From NCBI GenBank assembly GCA_964489145.1, contig CAZAXL010000002.1, positions 2,992-66,991 of the forward strand: a stretch of DNA of 64,000 bases. The letters run 5' to 3'. Of the stretch, positions 55,389-64,000 are shown in pieces. Under the pieces are notes generated by a model. It saw only the letters and a list, made by a program, of their open reading frames with translations, was not told the origin of the DNA and ran no database searches. Made by a program: the position numbers and the translations under genes. The stretch is from an uncultured Gammaproteobacteria bacterium (lineage in GTDB: Bacteria > Patescibacteriota > Microgenomatia > UBA8517). Each line of letters begins with the position of its first letter. Positions within the stretch are counted from its first letter, which is position 1.

Positions 55389-56918
55389 ATGCTTTCAAAA
55401 ATTGTCTCCGGTGCTGTCTGTGGGCTAAACGCGGTTCTTATCGATGTTGAAGTTGATGTTGCCACTCAAGGACTGCCAAGCTTTACCATTGTTGGTCTTC
55501 CGGATAAAGCGGTCGAAGAGTCAAAAGAGAGAGTCAGATCAGCAATAAAAAATAGCGGTGCCGACTTTCCCATTACCCGAATTACAGTCAACTTGGCACC
55601 TGCAGATCTACCTAAGATGGGCCCTGCATATGATTTACCAATTGCTCTTGGAATATTAATTGCGTCTGGCCAGATTGCACCCGATATTTCTGATTCCATT
55701 TTCTTCGGCGAACTTTCACTCGACGGAACGCTAAGGCATACAAATGGAATTTTACCGATGACATATCTTGCCAGAGAGAAAAAAATTAAAAATGTATTTG
55801 TCCCGAAAATTAATGAAAAGGAAGCATCGGTTATTTCAGGTGTTGATGTTTACTCTATCGATTCACTTTTATCATTGGTACGATTTTTTAGCAGAACTAT
55901 AGAGATTTTACCTGCCGCCAAAACTGATCTAAAGAAATTACTTACAAAAAGCGATGCCGAGTTTGATTTTTCGGAGGTTGTCGGTCAGGAACAGGCAAAA
56001 AGAGCTCTCGAAATTGCTGCCGCCGGGGGACACAACATTTTTCTGAGGGGCACGCCGGGTTCAGGGAAGACAATGTTGGCAAGAGCACTCCCGGGAATTT
56101 TACCGACGCTTACAGAAGACGAATCTTTAGAGGTAACAAAAATCTATTCAATTACGGGAAATTTACCGGAGGGAGAATCAATAATTACAAAACGTTCTTT
56201 CAGAAGTCCACACCACACAACCAGCAGAATTGGTTTAATCGGAGGCGGCAGTAATCCCATGCCCGGAGAAATTTCACTGGCCCACCGTGGGGTTCTTTTT
56301 TTGGATGAATTTCCGGAATTTCCAAGACATGTTTTAGAAGCTCTCAGACAGCCTTTGGAAGATGGAAAAGTTTCAATATCAAGAGCAAAAGGATCATTTA
56401 CTTATCCTGCACAATTTTTGCTGATAGCTGCGAGTAATCCCTGTCCGTGTGGATATTTTGGAGACCTAAAAAGAACATGTACATGTCTCCCCGGAATGAT
56501 TGCAAGATACCAAAAAAGAATTTCGGGCCCAATAATGGACAGAATTGATATCCACGTTGATGTTCCTTCTGTCGAAACACAAAAATTAGTTGATGACAAA
56601 GGACAAAAAAGAGAATCCTCACGTCGAATTCAAAGTAGGGTTCAAAATGCACGCAATATGCAACTTAAGAGATTTAAGAAAATGGGAATAAAATCTAACT
56701 CAGAAATGACAACCCGTGACGTTAAAAATTTTTGTGAGATAGATGAACCATCAAGAACTATTATGATAAGTGCTGCCGCAACAATGAACCTTTCGGCCAG
56801 AAGTTATTTTAAGGTTATAAAAATTGCCAGGACAATTGCGGATCTGGCCGGGGACACTAAAGCCTCCTCAACTCATATTGCAGAGGCGCTTCAATACCGC
56901 CCAAAAGTTGAAAATTAG
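55389..56918 (+). CDS. comM: YifB/ComM family Mg-chelatase-like AAA+ ATPase
   Basis: N-terminal Lon-protease-like domain (VDVATQGLPSFTIVGLPD), Walker A GTPGSGKTM, Walker B LFLDEFPEF and a C-terminal ChlI domain. Confidence 0.88.
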   Translation: MLSKIVSGAVCGLNAVLIDVEVDVATQGLPSFTIVGLPDKAVEESKERVRSAIKNSGADFPITRITVNLAPADLPKMGPAYDLPIALGILIASGQIAPDISDSIFFGELSLDGTLRHTNGILPMTYLAREKKIKNVFVPKINEKEASVISGVDVYSIDSLLSLVRFFSRTIEILPAAKTDLKKLLTKSDAEFDFSEVVGQEQAKRALEIAAAGGHNIFLRGTPGSGKTMLARALPGILPTLTEDESLEVTKIYSITGNLPEGESIITKRSFRSPHHTTSRIGLIGGGSNPMPGEISLAHRGVLFLDEFPEFPRHVLEALRQPLEDGKVSISRAKGSFTYPAQFLLIAASNPCPCGYFGDLKRTCTCLPGMIARYQKRISGPIMDRIDIHVDVPSVETQKLVDDKGQKRESSRRIQSRVQNARNMQLKRFKKMGIKSNSEMTTRDVKNFCEIDEPSRTIMISAAATMNLSARSYFKVIKIARTIADLAGDTKASSTHIAEALQYRPKVEN

Positions 56919-56932
56919 TGTAGAATAACCGT

Positions 56933-57376
56933 ATGAAATTGGTTGTACAAAGGGTTAAGAAAGCAAAAGTCTTGACAGTTTCTGACAATAAAACCATCGG
57001 GGAAATCGGAAAAGGACTTTTTGTTTTGGTTGGTTTTAAAAAAGGGGATACGGAAAAAGAAATTAATGTGCTTATTGAAAAACTGGTAAAACTTCGTGTA
57101 ATGAAAGACGGGGAGAAAAAAATGAATCTTTCAGTCAAAGATACTGGCGGAAGTATTTTGGTCGTTTCTCAATTCACGCTTTATGCGGATACCAAAGGGG
57201 GCAATAGACCCAGTTTTATAAATGCGGAAGATCCTGCCAGGGCAAGACAGCTTTACGAATTATTTATCAGGGCATTAAAAGAAAAAGACATTAAGGTTGA
57301 AACCGGAAGTTTTGGTGATTATATGCAAATCGAAGCGGTAATGGATGGACCTGTGACAATAATTTATTCAGATTAA
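56933..57376 (+). CDS. dtd: D-aminoacyl-tRNA deacylase
   Basis: SQFTLYAD and C-terminal MDGPVTI motifs. Confidence 0.9.
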   Translation: MKLVVQRVKKAKVLTVSDNKTIGEIGKGLFVLVGFKKGDTEKEINVLIEKLVKLRVMKDGEKKMNLSVKDTGGSILVVSQFTLYADTKGGNRPSFINAEDPARARQLYELFIRALKEKDIKVETGSFGDYMQIEAVMDGPVTIIYSD

Positions 57377-57982
57377 CCTTTCTTTTCTTAAAAACTCCTC
57401 CAGTCTTTTTTTTGAAGTAAACTGTCGGCCGATAGAGACAAATAATCTATTCATATTTGGCCAGTATTTTTTGGGAAGTATCTTGATTAATTCTTTTTCG
57501 GTTTGCTCCGGAGTTTTTGTATGTACCCAGCCAAGCAAGTTTGAGATTCTATGTACATGAGTATCAACCGCAATTGCGGGAATCTCAAAAGCTCTATTCA
57601 AAACTAAATTTGCAGTTTTTATTCCCACGCCGGGCAGTGTGGTTAATTCCTTTTGGGTTTTCGGGACTTTTCTGCCATAGTTTGTGAGGACAGTCCTTGC
57701 AAGCGTCTTGAGGTGCTTTGCTTTCGTTTTGTAAAAACCCACGGGGTAGATTAACCTTTCAATTGCTTTAATTTCTAAGTGATTCAATTTCTCTAAATTG
57801 GGGGCGATTTTAAATAAACGCTTTGAAGCTTCCAATGTAACCTCATCTTTTGTTCGGGCAGATAGGAGAGTTGAAACTAAAGTCTTATATGGATCGGAAC
57901 CAAAAATTTCGAGGGGAACTAAAATGTAATTTTTTCCAAATACCTTGAATACCTTTGCGAAATTCATATTAGTGGGGAACAC
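57368..57982 (-). CDS. nth: Endonuclease III-like HhH-GPD DNA glycosylase, without the C-terminal [4Fe-4S] Cys cluster
   Basis: HhH motif (LPGVGIKTANLVL) and catalytic Lys/Asp region (LLSARTKDEVT...VDTHVHR). No C-x6-C-x2-C-x5-C at the C-terminus. Confidence 0.8.
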   Translation of the reverse strand: MFPTNMNFAKVFKVFGKNYILVPLEIFGSDPYKTLVSTLLSARTKDEVTLEASKRLFKIAPNLEKLNHLEIKAIERLIYPVGFYKTKAKHLKTLARTVLTNYGRKVPKTQKELTTLPGVGIKTANLVLNRAFEIPAIAVDTHVHRISNLLGWVHTKTPEQTEKELIKILPKKYWPNMNRLFVSIGRQFTSKKRLEEFLRKERLI

Positions 57983-58014
57983 AAAAGGGGCCGGTCATGC
58001 CGGTGCCCTTTTGC
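57983..58014 (-). terminator. Intrinsic terminator for the small zinc-ribbon gene (minus strand)
   Basis: AAAAGGG-CA-CCGG-catga-CCGG-C-CCCTTTT composite stem followed by TTTTGT on the minus strand. Confidence 0.55.
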
Positions 58015-58037
58015 TTTAAGTGTTCTAAGATTAAAGG

Positions 58038-58178
58038 TTATTTATTACCTCCGATCTTGAACATGGTTGTGCCACATACTTCACAAACAGCCTTTGTGGC
58101 TTTCTTACCATTCTTCATGGTAACTTCTTGTGCGTCTTTTCCTTCTCTCTTGGCGCGGCACTTTACACAGTACATCAT
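58038..58178 (-). CDS. 46-aa C4 zinc-ribbon protein (DUF5679-like); absent from the ORF track because it is under 60 aa
   Basis: Minus-strand translation MMYCVKCRAKREGKDAQEVTMKNGKKATKAVCEVCGTTMFKIGGNK has a CxxC...CxxC motif. A perfect SD (GGAGGTGA) lies 7 nt upstream, a terminator follows, and it overlaps a spurious +strand ORF. Confidence 0.7.
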   Translation of the reverse strand: MMYCVKCRAKREGKDAQEVTMKNGKKATKAVCEVCGTTMFKIGGNK

Positions 58179-58197
58179 AATTTCTCACCTCCAGTCG

Positions 58198-58485
58198 TTA
58201 GGACAGAATAAATTTGCTCCAGGCTAAGTATATCACCAGCTCCAGAATTAAGATGAGGCTAATGCGAATTAAGCTTCGCACGATACCTTTCTGGTTGGTG
58301 GCTGCAGCCTCGGCTTGTGCCAAAGATTCGGCTCTTTTGGCATGCCTACTTGAGGCTAACGTCACATTTTTGCTAAATTTAGTTTCCCTCTTGACATAGA
58401 CTTTTTTTGTTGGCCTTGGTTCCCAAGAGACCAGGAATCCGTAATGGGGATTTTCTTTATTTTTTCTGGTCCGTATTTCTACCAT
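58198..58485 (-). CDS. Hypothetical basic protein with a C-terminal TM helix (possibly leaderless)
   Basis: 95-aa ORF; a divergent promoter-like TTGAAA-17 nt-TATAGA places the TSS at about the ATG. No recognisable domain. Confidence 0.35.
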   Translation of the reverse strand: MVEIRTRKNKENPHYGFLVSWEPRPTKKVYVKRETKFSKNVTLASSRHAKRAESLAQAEAAATNQKGIVRSLIRISLILILELVIYLAWSKFILS

Positions 58486-58504
58486 ACCCTTAGTCTATAT
58501 CTCC

Positions 58505-58533
58505 TTGACACTAACTTTTCAAGATGTAAAAAT
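58505..58533 (+). promoter_or_regulatory. Promoter upstream of the DUF4446 gene (TTGACA, 16-nt spacer, TAAAAAT)
   Basis: TTGACA at 58505-58510. Confidence 0.45.
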
Positions 58534-58556
58534 GACACAAGCTTGCCGGGAACCTG

Positions 58557-59015
58557 ATGCAAAACTTGAGTATATATATTTATGTAATTTTTGGAGTTTG
58601 GCTTTTGGCTTTAAGCTTTTTTTTGTATCGTTTTTTTGCTCTTTATAAAAAGTTAACGAAAGGGATTGAAGTAACCGATATCAAAAAAATTCTGGAGAAA
58701 ATATTGGTTCGTGGAGACGAAAACACCAAAAACATCAAAGAAATTGTTAAAAGGATCGATGTAATCGATGATAACGACAGACGTCATATTCAGAAAGTTG
58801 GACTTGTAAGGTTCAATCCATTTAGTGAACTTGGCGGAGACCATAGTTTTTGCCTGGCCATCCTCGATGACAGAGATACAGGAGTCGTTATTACCGGTCT
58901 ACATACCAGAGACAGAACAAGAGTCTATATGAAAGACATTAAAAATGGCAAAAGCAGCCTTGAACTCTCCGCAGAGGAAAAGAAAGCAGTTGTTAATGCG
59001 CAAAAAAGCAAATAA
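58557..59015 (+). CDS. DUF4446-like membrane-anchored protein
   Basis: N-terminal TM helix followed by the conserved GLVRFNPFSELGGDHSF...LD block. Confidence 0.6.
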   Translation: MQNLSIYIYVIFGVWLLALSFFLYRFFALYKKLTKGIEVTDIKKILEKILVRGDENTKNIKEIVKRIDVIDDNDRRHIQKVGLVRFNPFSELGGDHSFCLAILDDRDTGVVITGLHTRDRTRVYMKDIKNGKSSLELSAEEKKAVVNAQKSK

Positions 59016-59043
59016 GTGATAGAATAAAAAATACGTTATTTTT

Positions 59044-60285
59044 ATGGGTAAATTTAGTTTCAAAAATTTGTTCGGATCAAAAAAAAGTGTAGTTATTGCA
59101 AGTTTTATTGGTCTTTTCCTGATCTCTGTGGGGATTTCCCTTGCGGTCTTTTATTATGTTTCTCCTCAAGGGGCCTCAAAACTTCTCAGCGGAGTTGGTA
59201 AGAAAACTAAAATTAATATAAATCTTCCCAAAACTGAGGAATGTCCAATAAATGGTCAGATGTACACCAAGGCAGAAAGTGAAGTTTGGAGTGAACGACG
59301 TCCTGTTACTGCAATGATTGAAAACCATATCGAGGCTAGACCAGAATCCGGCTTATCGCGCGCCGATGTTATTTATGAGGTTGTGGTAGAAGGTGGAATT
59401 ACCAGATTTATGTCAGTATTTTATTGCGGTGCTGCAGCTGAGGATGTTCAGGTGGCTCCAATTAGGAGTGCCAGGGTTTATTTTATAAATATGGCTGCAG
59501 GTTATGGAAAAGATCCTGTTTTTCTGCACCAGGGAGGGGCAAATAATATATGTAGCACTTGTCCGGGTGGTGTTAAGCCAAGCTCCCAAATTGACCCTAC
59601 AGTTAATACTGTGACACTACTTGAGAAATTAGGTTGGGGCGGTGGTTCAGACGGCAACAACTTTGATGGTGGTTATAATATTGGCTACCCCATTGTTATT
59701 CGCAATCAATATCGTCTGGATAGCAATAATGCCTCCGCTTGGGAACACGCGGTCGTTGCCGATCTAGATGAGGTTTGGAAAGAGGCCGGCAAGAGAGGCT
59801 ACGATTACAAAGACGAGAGTGGCACTGCCTGGACAGAAGGCTTCAGGAAATGGCTTTTCCAAGATGGAAAAGCGGCAACTTCACCGCTAGCCTCTGATAT
59901 TAAATTTAATTTTTGGGAGAGTATGCCGGGTTATGATGTTGAGTGGAAGTATGATTCTGCTACAAATTCTTACCTAAGGTTTAATGGCGGATCCGCCCAT
60001 GTTGAATGGGAGTTTGATAAACCCCAGCTTTCCGCGAAAAACGTTGTGATAATGTTTGTAACCGAAAAGGGCCCTGTGGACACGGAACACCATATGTTCT
60101 ATCAGGTTATTGGAACGGGTAAGGCCTTAATTTTCCAGAATGGCGAGGCGATTCAGGGAACATGGAAAAAGGCATCTGCGCTTGACAGGGAGGTTTTTTA
60201 TGATACAAATGGGAAAGAGATAAAGATGGTTAGAGGACAGACCTGGATAGAGTTGGTTCCCGCTAAAAACGCGGTAACTTATTAA
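59044..60285 (+). CDS. DUF3048 (YerB-like) extracytoplasmic protein
   Basis: Signal-anchor sequence followed by the conserved RPVTAMIENH...SGLS.ADVIYE...EGGITRFM block. Confidence 0.6.
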   Translation: MGKFSFKNLFGSKKSVVIASFIGLFLISVGISLAVFYYVSPQGASKLLSGVGKKTKININLPKTEECPINGQMYTKAESEVWSERRPVTAMIENHIEARPESGLSRADVIYEVVVEGGITRFMSVFYCGAAAEDVQVAPIRSARVYFINMAAGYGKDPVFLHQGGANNICSTCPGGVKPSSQIDPTVNTVTLLEKLGWGGGSDGNNFDGGYNIGYPIVIRNQYRLDSNNASAWEHAVVADLDEVWKEAGKRGYDYKDESGTAWTEGFRKWLFQDGKAATSPLASDIKFNFWESMPGYDVEWKYDSATNSYLRFNGGSAHVEWEFDKPQLSAKNVVIMFVTEKGPVDTEHHMFYQVIGTGKALIFQNGEAIQGTWKKASALDREVFYDTNGKEIKMVRGQTWIELVPAKNAVTY

Positions 60286-60308
60286 ATTTTAACTGCTCCA
60301 AAAAATAG

Positions 60309-60893
60309 ATGGCAAATTTAGCAGACATCATTACTTCAAAGGTAAGAATAAAAATTTTGGAGCTGTTTTTTTCCAATCTTAAAGAGGTTTATCATGTGAG
60401 AGGGATTGTCAGGGAAACAGAAGAGGAAATTAATGCTGTGAGACGCGAGCTGACTAAACTTGAAAAAGACGGAGTACTCCGGAAAGAACCCCGCGGCAAT
60501 AGAATTTATTATTCAATTAGACCCGAATATCCGCTTTTTGGCGATTTAACCTCAGTGGTTGCTAAAACCACAGGTTTGGGCAAAATAATAATTGAGAATA
60601 AAAATAAAATTGGAAGAGTTTCTTTTGTAATGTTTTCCGGAAAATTTGTCAGACACAAGGAACACAAAAGGGATGATGACGTCGACATTTTGGTTGTTGG
60701 GGAAGTTGTTTTGCCGGAGTTGGCTTCAATAATTAGGGCCGAAGAAACCGGCAGGGGTAAGGAAATTAACTATACAGCGATGAGTAGAGATGAATTTGAT
60801 TTTAGAAAAAAGAGACGTGACCCGTTTCTTCTGGGAATTCTGTCCGGTAGTCGGGTAATGATAATAGGCGATGAGGAAGACCTCGTAGGTTAA
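60309..60893 (+). CDS. Winged-HTH regulator fused to a minimal nucleotidyltransferase-like domain
   Basis: N-terminal wHTH (VRIKILELF...LTKLEKDGVLRKE). The C-terminus has G-x11-DVDILVVGE, resembling the Pol-beta/MNT GS...DxD motif. Confidence 0.5.
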   Translation: MANLADIITSKVRIKILELFFSNLKEVYHVRGIVRETEEEINAVRRELTKLEKDGVLRKEPRGNRIYYSIRPEYPLFGDLTSVVAKTTGLGKIIIENKNKIGRVSFVMFSGKFVRHKEHKRDDDVDILVVGEVVLPELASIIRAEETGRGKEINYTAMSRDEFDFRKKRRDPFLLGILSGSRVMIIGDEEDLVG

Positions 60894-60913
60894 TTTTATG
60901 TTTTGAAGACCAT

Positions 60914-62242
60914 ATGTTGGGAACTCCCCTTAAAAAATTTATATTTATTGTAGTTTTGGCTTTGGCAGCAACTTTTATAAGTTTACCCCAAAGTTTTTCT
61001 GTTTTTGGTAAAAAAATAACTCGCCCAAATATAAATATAAATATCGGTAAGTTTTCGCTTCAAAGTGATCTCAAGGTTCATCTGGGTTTGGATTTGGCGG
61101 GCGGAAGTCAGCTTGTTTTTGAAGCAGATATGAACAAAGTCCCTGCCGATAAAAAATCCGATGCCCTGACCGGAGTAAGAAATATTATAGAAAACAGAGT
61201 AAATATGTTTGGGATTTCAGAATCCACCGTCCAGACATCGAATTTCGAAGGTAAAGATAGAATAATAGTCGAGCTTCCCGGAATTAGTGATACTCAAACC
61301 GCAATCAACCTTATTGGCAAGACTGCACAGTTATCTTTTGCGGAAGTTGTAGAGTCGACACCCGCCGGAAGCGCCACCCCGTCCGCAACCCTCGTTCCAA
61401 CAGACCTAACCGGGGCCGACCTTAAAAATGCCCAGGTTGTTTTTGACGGAAGTACCGGAGTGCCCGCAATTTCGATTCAGTTTAGCGAAGAGGGTGGTAA
61501 AAAATTTGCTGAAATCACGGGAAGAAATATAGGAAAGGAGTTGCCGATAATACTGGATAATCAAATCATTTCGGCACCTACTGTTCAGGAACAGATAACC
61601 GGCGGAAATGCACAAATATCCGGAAGTTTTACGGTTGATGAGGCAAAAGGGCTGGCAATCCAACTTAATGCCGGGGCGCTCCCCGTCCCCATACAGCTAA
61701 TTGAGGAAAGAACAATAGAGGCCACGCTTGGGGCTCTGTCGGTAAGGCAAAGTGTCGTAGCGGGTGCAGTCGGACTTTTAATGGTTGGTCTTTTCATGGT
61801 TCTGTCGTACGGAAAACTTGGTTTAGTTGCGGATGTTGGGCTTTTTATATTTTCCGTAATTTCACTGGCGCTTTATAAACTGATTCCTATTACATTGACA
61901 CTTCCCGGAATTGCCGGATTTATGTTATCAATTGGCATGGCGGTTGACAGTAACATTTTAATATTTGAACGATTTAAAGAGGAAAAACTAAAACGAAATA
62001 TTTCGGATGCACTGGAAGTTTCATTCGGAAGAGCGTGGGACTCTATAAGAGATGCCAATGTTGCAACAATAATTACATCTTTGGTATTAATGAATCCACT
62101 GGATTGGTCATTTCTTCAGTCGTCCGGTCCCGTTAGGGGATTTGCCATCACACTACTAATGGGAATAATCATAAGCTTGTTTACTGGAATTTATGTGAGT
62201 CGAAATTTATTAAGACTTTTCGTAAAGGAGAAAAAGAAATGA
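60914..62242 (+). CDS. secD: Protein translocase subunit SecD
   Basis: LGLDLAGGSQLVFEAD motif; a periplasmic domain plus a 6-TM C-terminus. Confidence 0.93.
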   Translation: MLGTPLKKFIFIVVLALAATFISLPQSFSVFGKKITRPNININIGKFSLQSDLKVHLGLDLAGGSQLVFEADMNKVPADKKSDALTGVRNIIENRVNMFGISESTVQTSNFEGKDRIIVELPGISDTQTAINLIGKTAQLSFAEVVESTPAGSATPSATLVPTDLTGADLKNAQVVFDGSTGVPAISIQFSEEGGKKFAEITGRNIGKELPIILDNQIISAPTVQEQITGGNAQISGSFTVDEAKGLAIQLNAGALPVPIQLIEERTIEATLGALSVRQSVVAGAVGLLMVGLFMVLSYGKLGLVADVGLFIFSVISLALYKLIPITLTLPGIAGFMLSIGMAVDSNILIFERFKEEKLKRNISDALEVSFGRAWDSIRDANVATIITSLVLMNPLDWSFLQSSGPVRGFAITLLMGIIISLFTGIYVSRNLLRLFVKEKKK

Positions 62243-63051
62243 ACTGGATGAAATACCGCTGGCTTTATTTACTTCTGTCCGGAAGTTTAATTATTTTTGG
62301 AATATTCTCAATGCTTAATTGGGGATTTAATATTGGAGTCGATTTTACCGGCGGGAGTCGTTTGGAATACAGGCTTCCTGACGGAAGTGCAAAAACTTTC
62401 AAAGGCGCTTCTGTCGATCAGGTTCAAAAGGAGGAAATCAAAGCAAATCTGGAAAAAGAGGTTGGGGGAATGGTAACCGAGATAAGATTTGAAAATGTGG
62501 GTCCTGCAGTTGGGCCGGAAACGATCAAGAAAACAATCTATGCTCTCCTGATTTCGGCTATCGCAATACTTTTATGGATTACCTATCAGTTCAAAAGTAT
62601 TAAATTTGGTGTTTCGGCAACGCTCGCCACCATACATGACATCTTGGTTGTAATTGGAAGTTTTTCAATTCTTGGGCACTTTTTTGGTGCCGAACTGGAT
62701 TTTCTTTTTGTAACGGCCGTTCTTACTATTCTTTCATTCTCTGTTCATGACACAATTGTTGTATTTGACAGAATCCGCGAAATGCGGAAGGGCCGGATGG
62801 GTGACCCCTCCGAATTTGCAGACGAGGCAATTAGTGAAACAATGGTCAGGTCTATCAATAACTCATTCACAATTATATTTATGCTTTTGGCGTTGATACT
62901 TCTGGGTGGAGATACAATTAGATGGTTTGCGGTAGCGCTTCTTATAGGTACGGTTTCCGGAACTTACTCCTCGCCGTTTGTAGCGGTTTCGATTCTCGTT
63001 ACATGGGATGAACTTTCCAGAAAAATTAAATCCGGGAAAAACACTAAATAA
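62239..63051 (+). CDS. secF: Protein translocase subunit SecF
   Basis: SecF TM core (VDFTGGS...); its ATGA start overlaps the secD stop. Confidence 0.93.
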   Translation: MNWMKYRWLYLLLSGSLIIFGIFSMLNWGFNIGVDFTGGSRLEYRLPDGSAKTFKGASVDQVQKEEIKANLEKEVGGMVTEIRFENVGPAVGPETIKKTIYALLISAIAILLWITYQFKSIKFGVSATLATIHDILVVIGSFSILGHFFGAELDFLFVTAVLTILSFSVHDTIVVFDRIREMRKGRMGDPSEFADEAISETMVRSINNSFTIIFMLLALILLGGDTIRWFAVALLIGTVSGTYSSPFVAVSILVTWDELSRKIKSGKNTK

Positions 63052-64000
63052 TTTTTCTAAGACTTTTTAATTCTTTGAATAATGTTTCTTTGTCATTTTC
63101 AACTTTCTTTTCTACGACTTTATCGAATAGCTCACCTAAAATTTTACCTACTACAGGCCCCGGGCTGAGTCCAAGGACTTTCATTACGTCATTTCCGTCG
63201 ATTTTTAAATCATTAAGAGAAAATGGTTGTTTTTGTACTTCAATTATTCTTTTTTTAAACTCCTCGAGGCGCCAACTGGTTTCGCGGGCGCCGCCGCCAA
63301 GTCTGTCTGCAACACGAAGCGCCAGTATATCCTCGACATTTTCTAAGCCCACATTCCGTAAAAATCTTCGTAGGGCTGAGTCGGTTTGTCTTTCGTCAAC
63401 TGAAAATTGATGCCACCTAATAAGCTTTATAAATTTATCCTTTTCTTTGTTGGAAAATTTAAATCTATCTGCAATGTTTTCGGCTATCTTTGTAGAAACC
63501 ATTTCATGGTTGTAGAAAGTTATCACTCCCGTACTCAATTTTTTGTAAGTCTGAGGCTTTCCAATATCGTGGATTAAGGTTGCAAATCGGGTTACCGGGT
63601 CTTTTGATTTACAGTTTTTTAAGGACATTAAAAGATGATTACCAACATCATAAATATGATGTCTGCCAGGGGATTTCTGCTCGACTCCGAAACATTTTTC
63701 CATTTCCGGCAAAATTTCCTGCATAAGTCCGCAATTTTTAAATATAATTACCCCGTCGTATGGATTCGGTGAGGATATAAGTTTGAAAAACTCTTCTTTT
63801 ACCCTTTCTTTGGCGATTTTATTTATTAATGGTGCATTTTTTTTGATTGCCTCAAAAGTTTTTTCTTCAATTACAAATCCGAGTTCTGCAGCGATTCTTA
63901 CCGCCCTCATCATTCTTAAAGCATCTTCGGAAAAACGGCTGTCGGGATCGCCCACTGCACGGATTAATTTATTTTTTATATCTCCCTGGCCTTTATACAA
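63044..64000 (-). CDS. cca: CCA-adding tRNA nucleotidyltransferase / poly(A) polymerase family with HD domain; 3' portion only, N-terminus beyond the window
   Basis: GDPDSRFSEDALRMMRAVRIAAELGF head-domain motif and HD domain (LIHDIGK). The ORF runs off the window end. Confidence 0.85.
   Translation of the reverse strand: MYKGQGDIKNKLIRAVGDPDSRFSEDALRMMRAVRIAAELGFVIEEKTFEAIKKNAPLINKIAKERVKEEFFKLISSPNPYDGVIIFKNCGLMQEILPEMEKCFGVEQKSPGRHHIYDVGNHLLMSLKNCKSKDPVTRFATLIHDIGKPQTYKKLSTGVITFYNHEMVSTKIAENIADRFKFSNKEKDKFIKLIRWHQFSVDERQTDSALRRFLRNVGLENVEDILALRVADRLGGGARETSWRLEEFKKRIIEVQKQPFSLNDLKIDGNDVMKVLGLSPGPVVGKILGELFDKVVEKKVENDKETLFKELKSLRKII

Noticed and set aside
57997-58227. 76-aa +strand ORF
   Set aside because: It is antisense to the well-supported 46-aa zinc-ribbon gene (perfect SD, CxxC motifs, terminator) and has no motif or start context of its own.
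1-64000. Alternative genetic code (UGA recoding)
   Set aside because: TGA terminates well-aligned genes such as rpmJ. No conserved gene shows in-frame TGA. Standard code 11 fits.
1-64000. CRISPR arrays, IS elements, integrases, restriction–modification or toxin–antitoxin pairs
   Set aside because: No regularly spaced direct repeats, no transposase- or integrase-like ORFs and no terminal inverted repeats were seen. The only repeats are the short rnpB 3'-end copy, the PNPase 21-mer and the reused promoter 14-mer.

Overview
This 64 kb window is dominated by conserved core translation, transcription and secretion genes from a small, gene-dense bacterial genome. It carries several hallmarks of candidate phyla radiation (CPR/Patescibacteria) genomes: no rpmD (L30), an AlaRS without the C-Ala domain, an RNase Y without a membrane anchor, a Lon-like AAA+ module with no protease domain, and short overlapping genes. 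Translation uses the standard code (TGA serves as a stop codon). Nearly everything is on the + strand.

Gene order on the + strand:
- 5' block: pnp (5'-truncated, RGG tail), Lon-like AAA+, metallophosphoesterase, family-4-like UDG, RNase J, ftsK, RodZ-like protein, alaS.
- Envelope and repair block: a large bitopic membrane protein plus sortase, ruvX, mltG.
- str operon: rpoB-rpoC-rpsL-rpsG-fusA-tuf-rpsJ.
- A four-gene non-ribosomal island (histidine phosphatase, an opposite-strand epimerase, a polytopic membrane protein, a small ORF) that separates rpsJ from rplC.
- S10/spc/alpha superoperon: rplC through rplO (no L30), secY-adk-map-infA-rpmJ-rpsM-rpsK-rpsD, then rpoA-rplQ-rplM-rpsI.
- Remaining genes: tRNA-Pro(GGG), recA-recX, rny, hup, an ABC exporter, miaA, an AI-2E transporter, RNase P RNA (minus strand, with a spurious ORF called across it), an RRM protein coupled to a zinc-ribbon protein, a Cys-rich type IV pilin, comM/yifB, dtd, nth (minus), a 46-aa zinc-ribbon gene (minus, missed by the ORF track), DUF4446 and DUF3048 proteins, a wHTH–nucleotidyltransferase fusion, secD, secF, and a 3'-partial cca (minus).

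Several consensus sigma70-like promoters and intrinsic terminators can be read directly from the sequence. No CRISPR array, no mobile element and no obvious defence island were found. The findings with the highest interest scores are the stand-alone Lon AAA+ module, the RGG-tailed RNA-binding proteins, the island that splits the S10 operon, the membrane-protein/sortase pair, the pilin–ComM locus, and the attenuator-like leaders in front of tuf and rplC.
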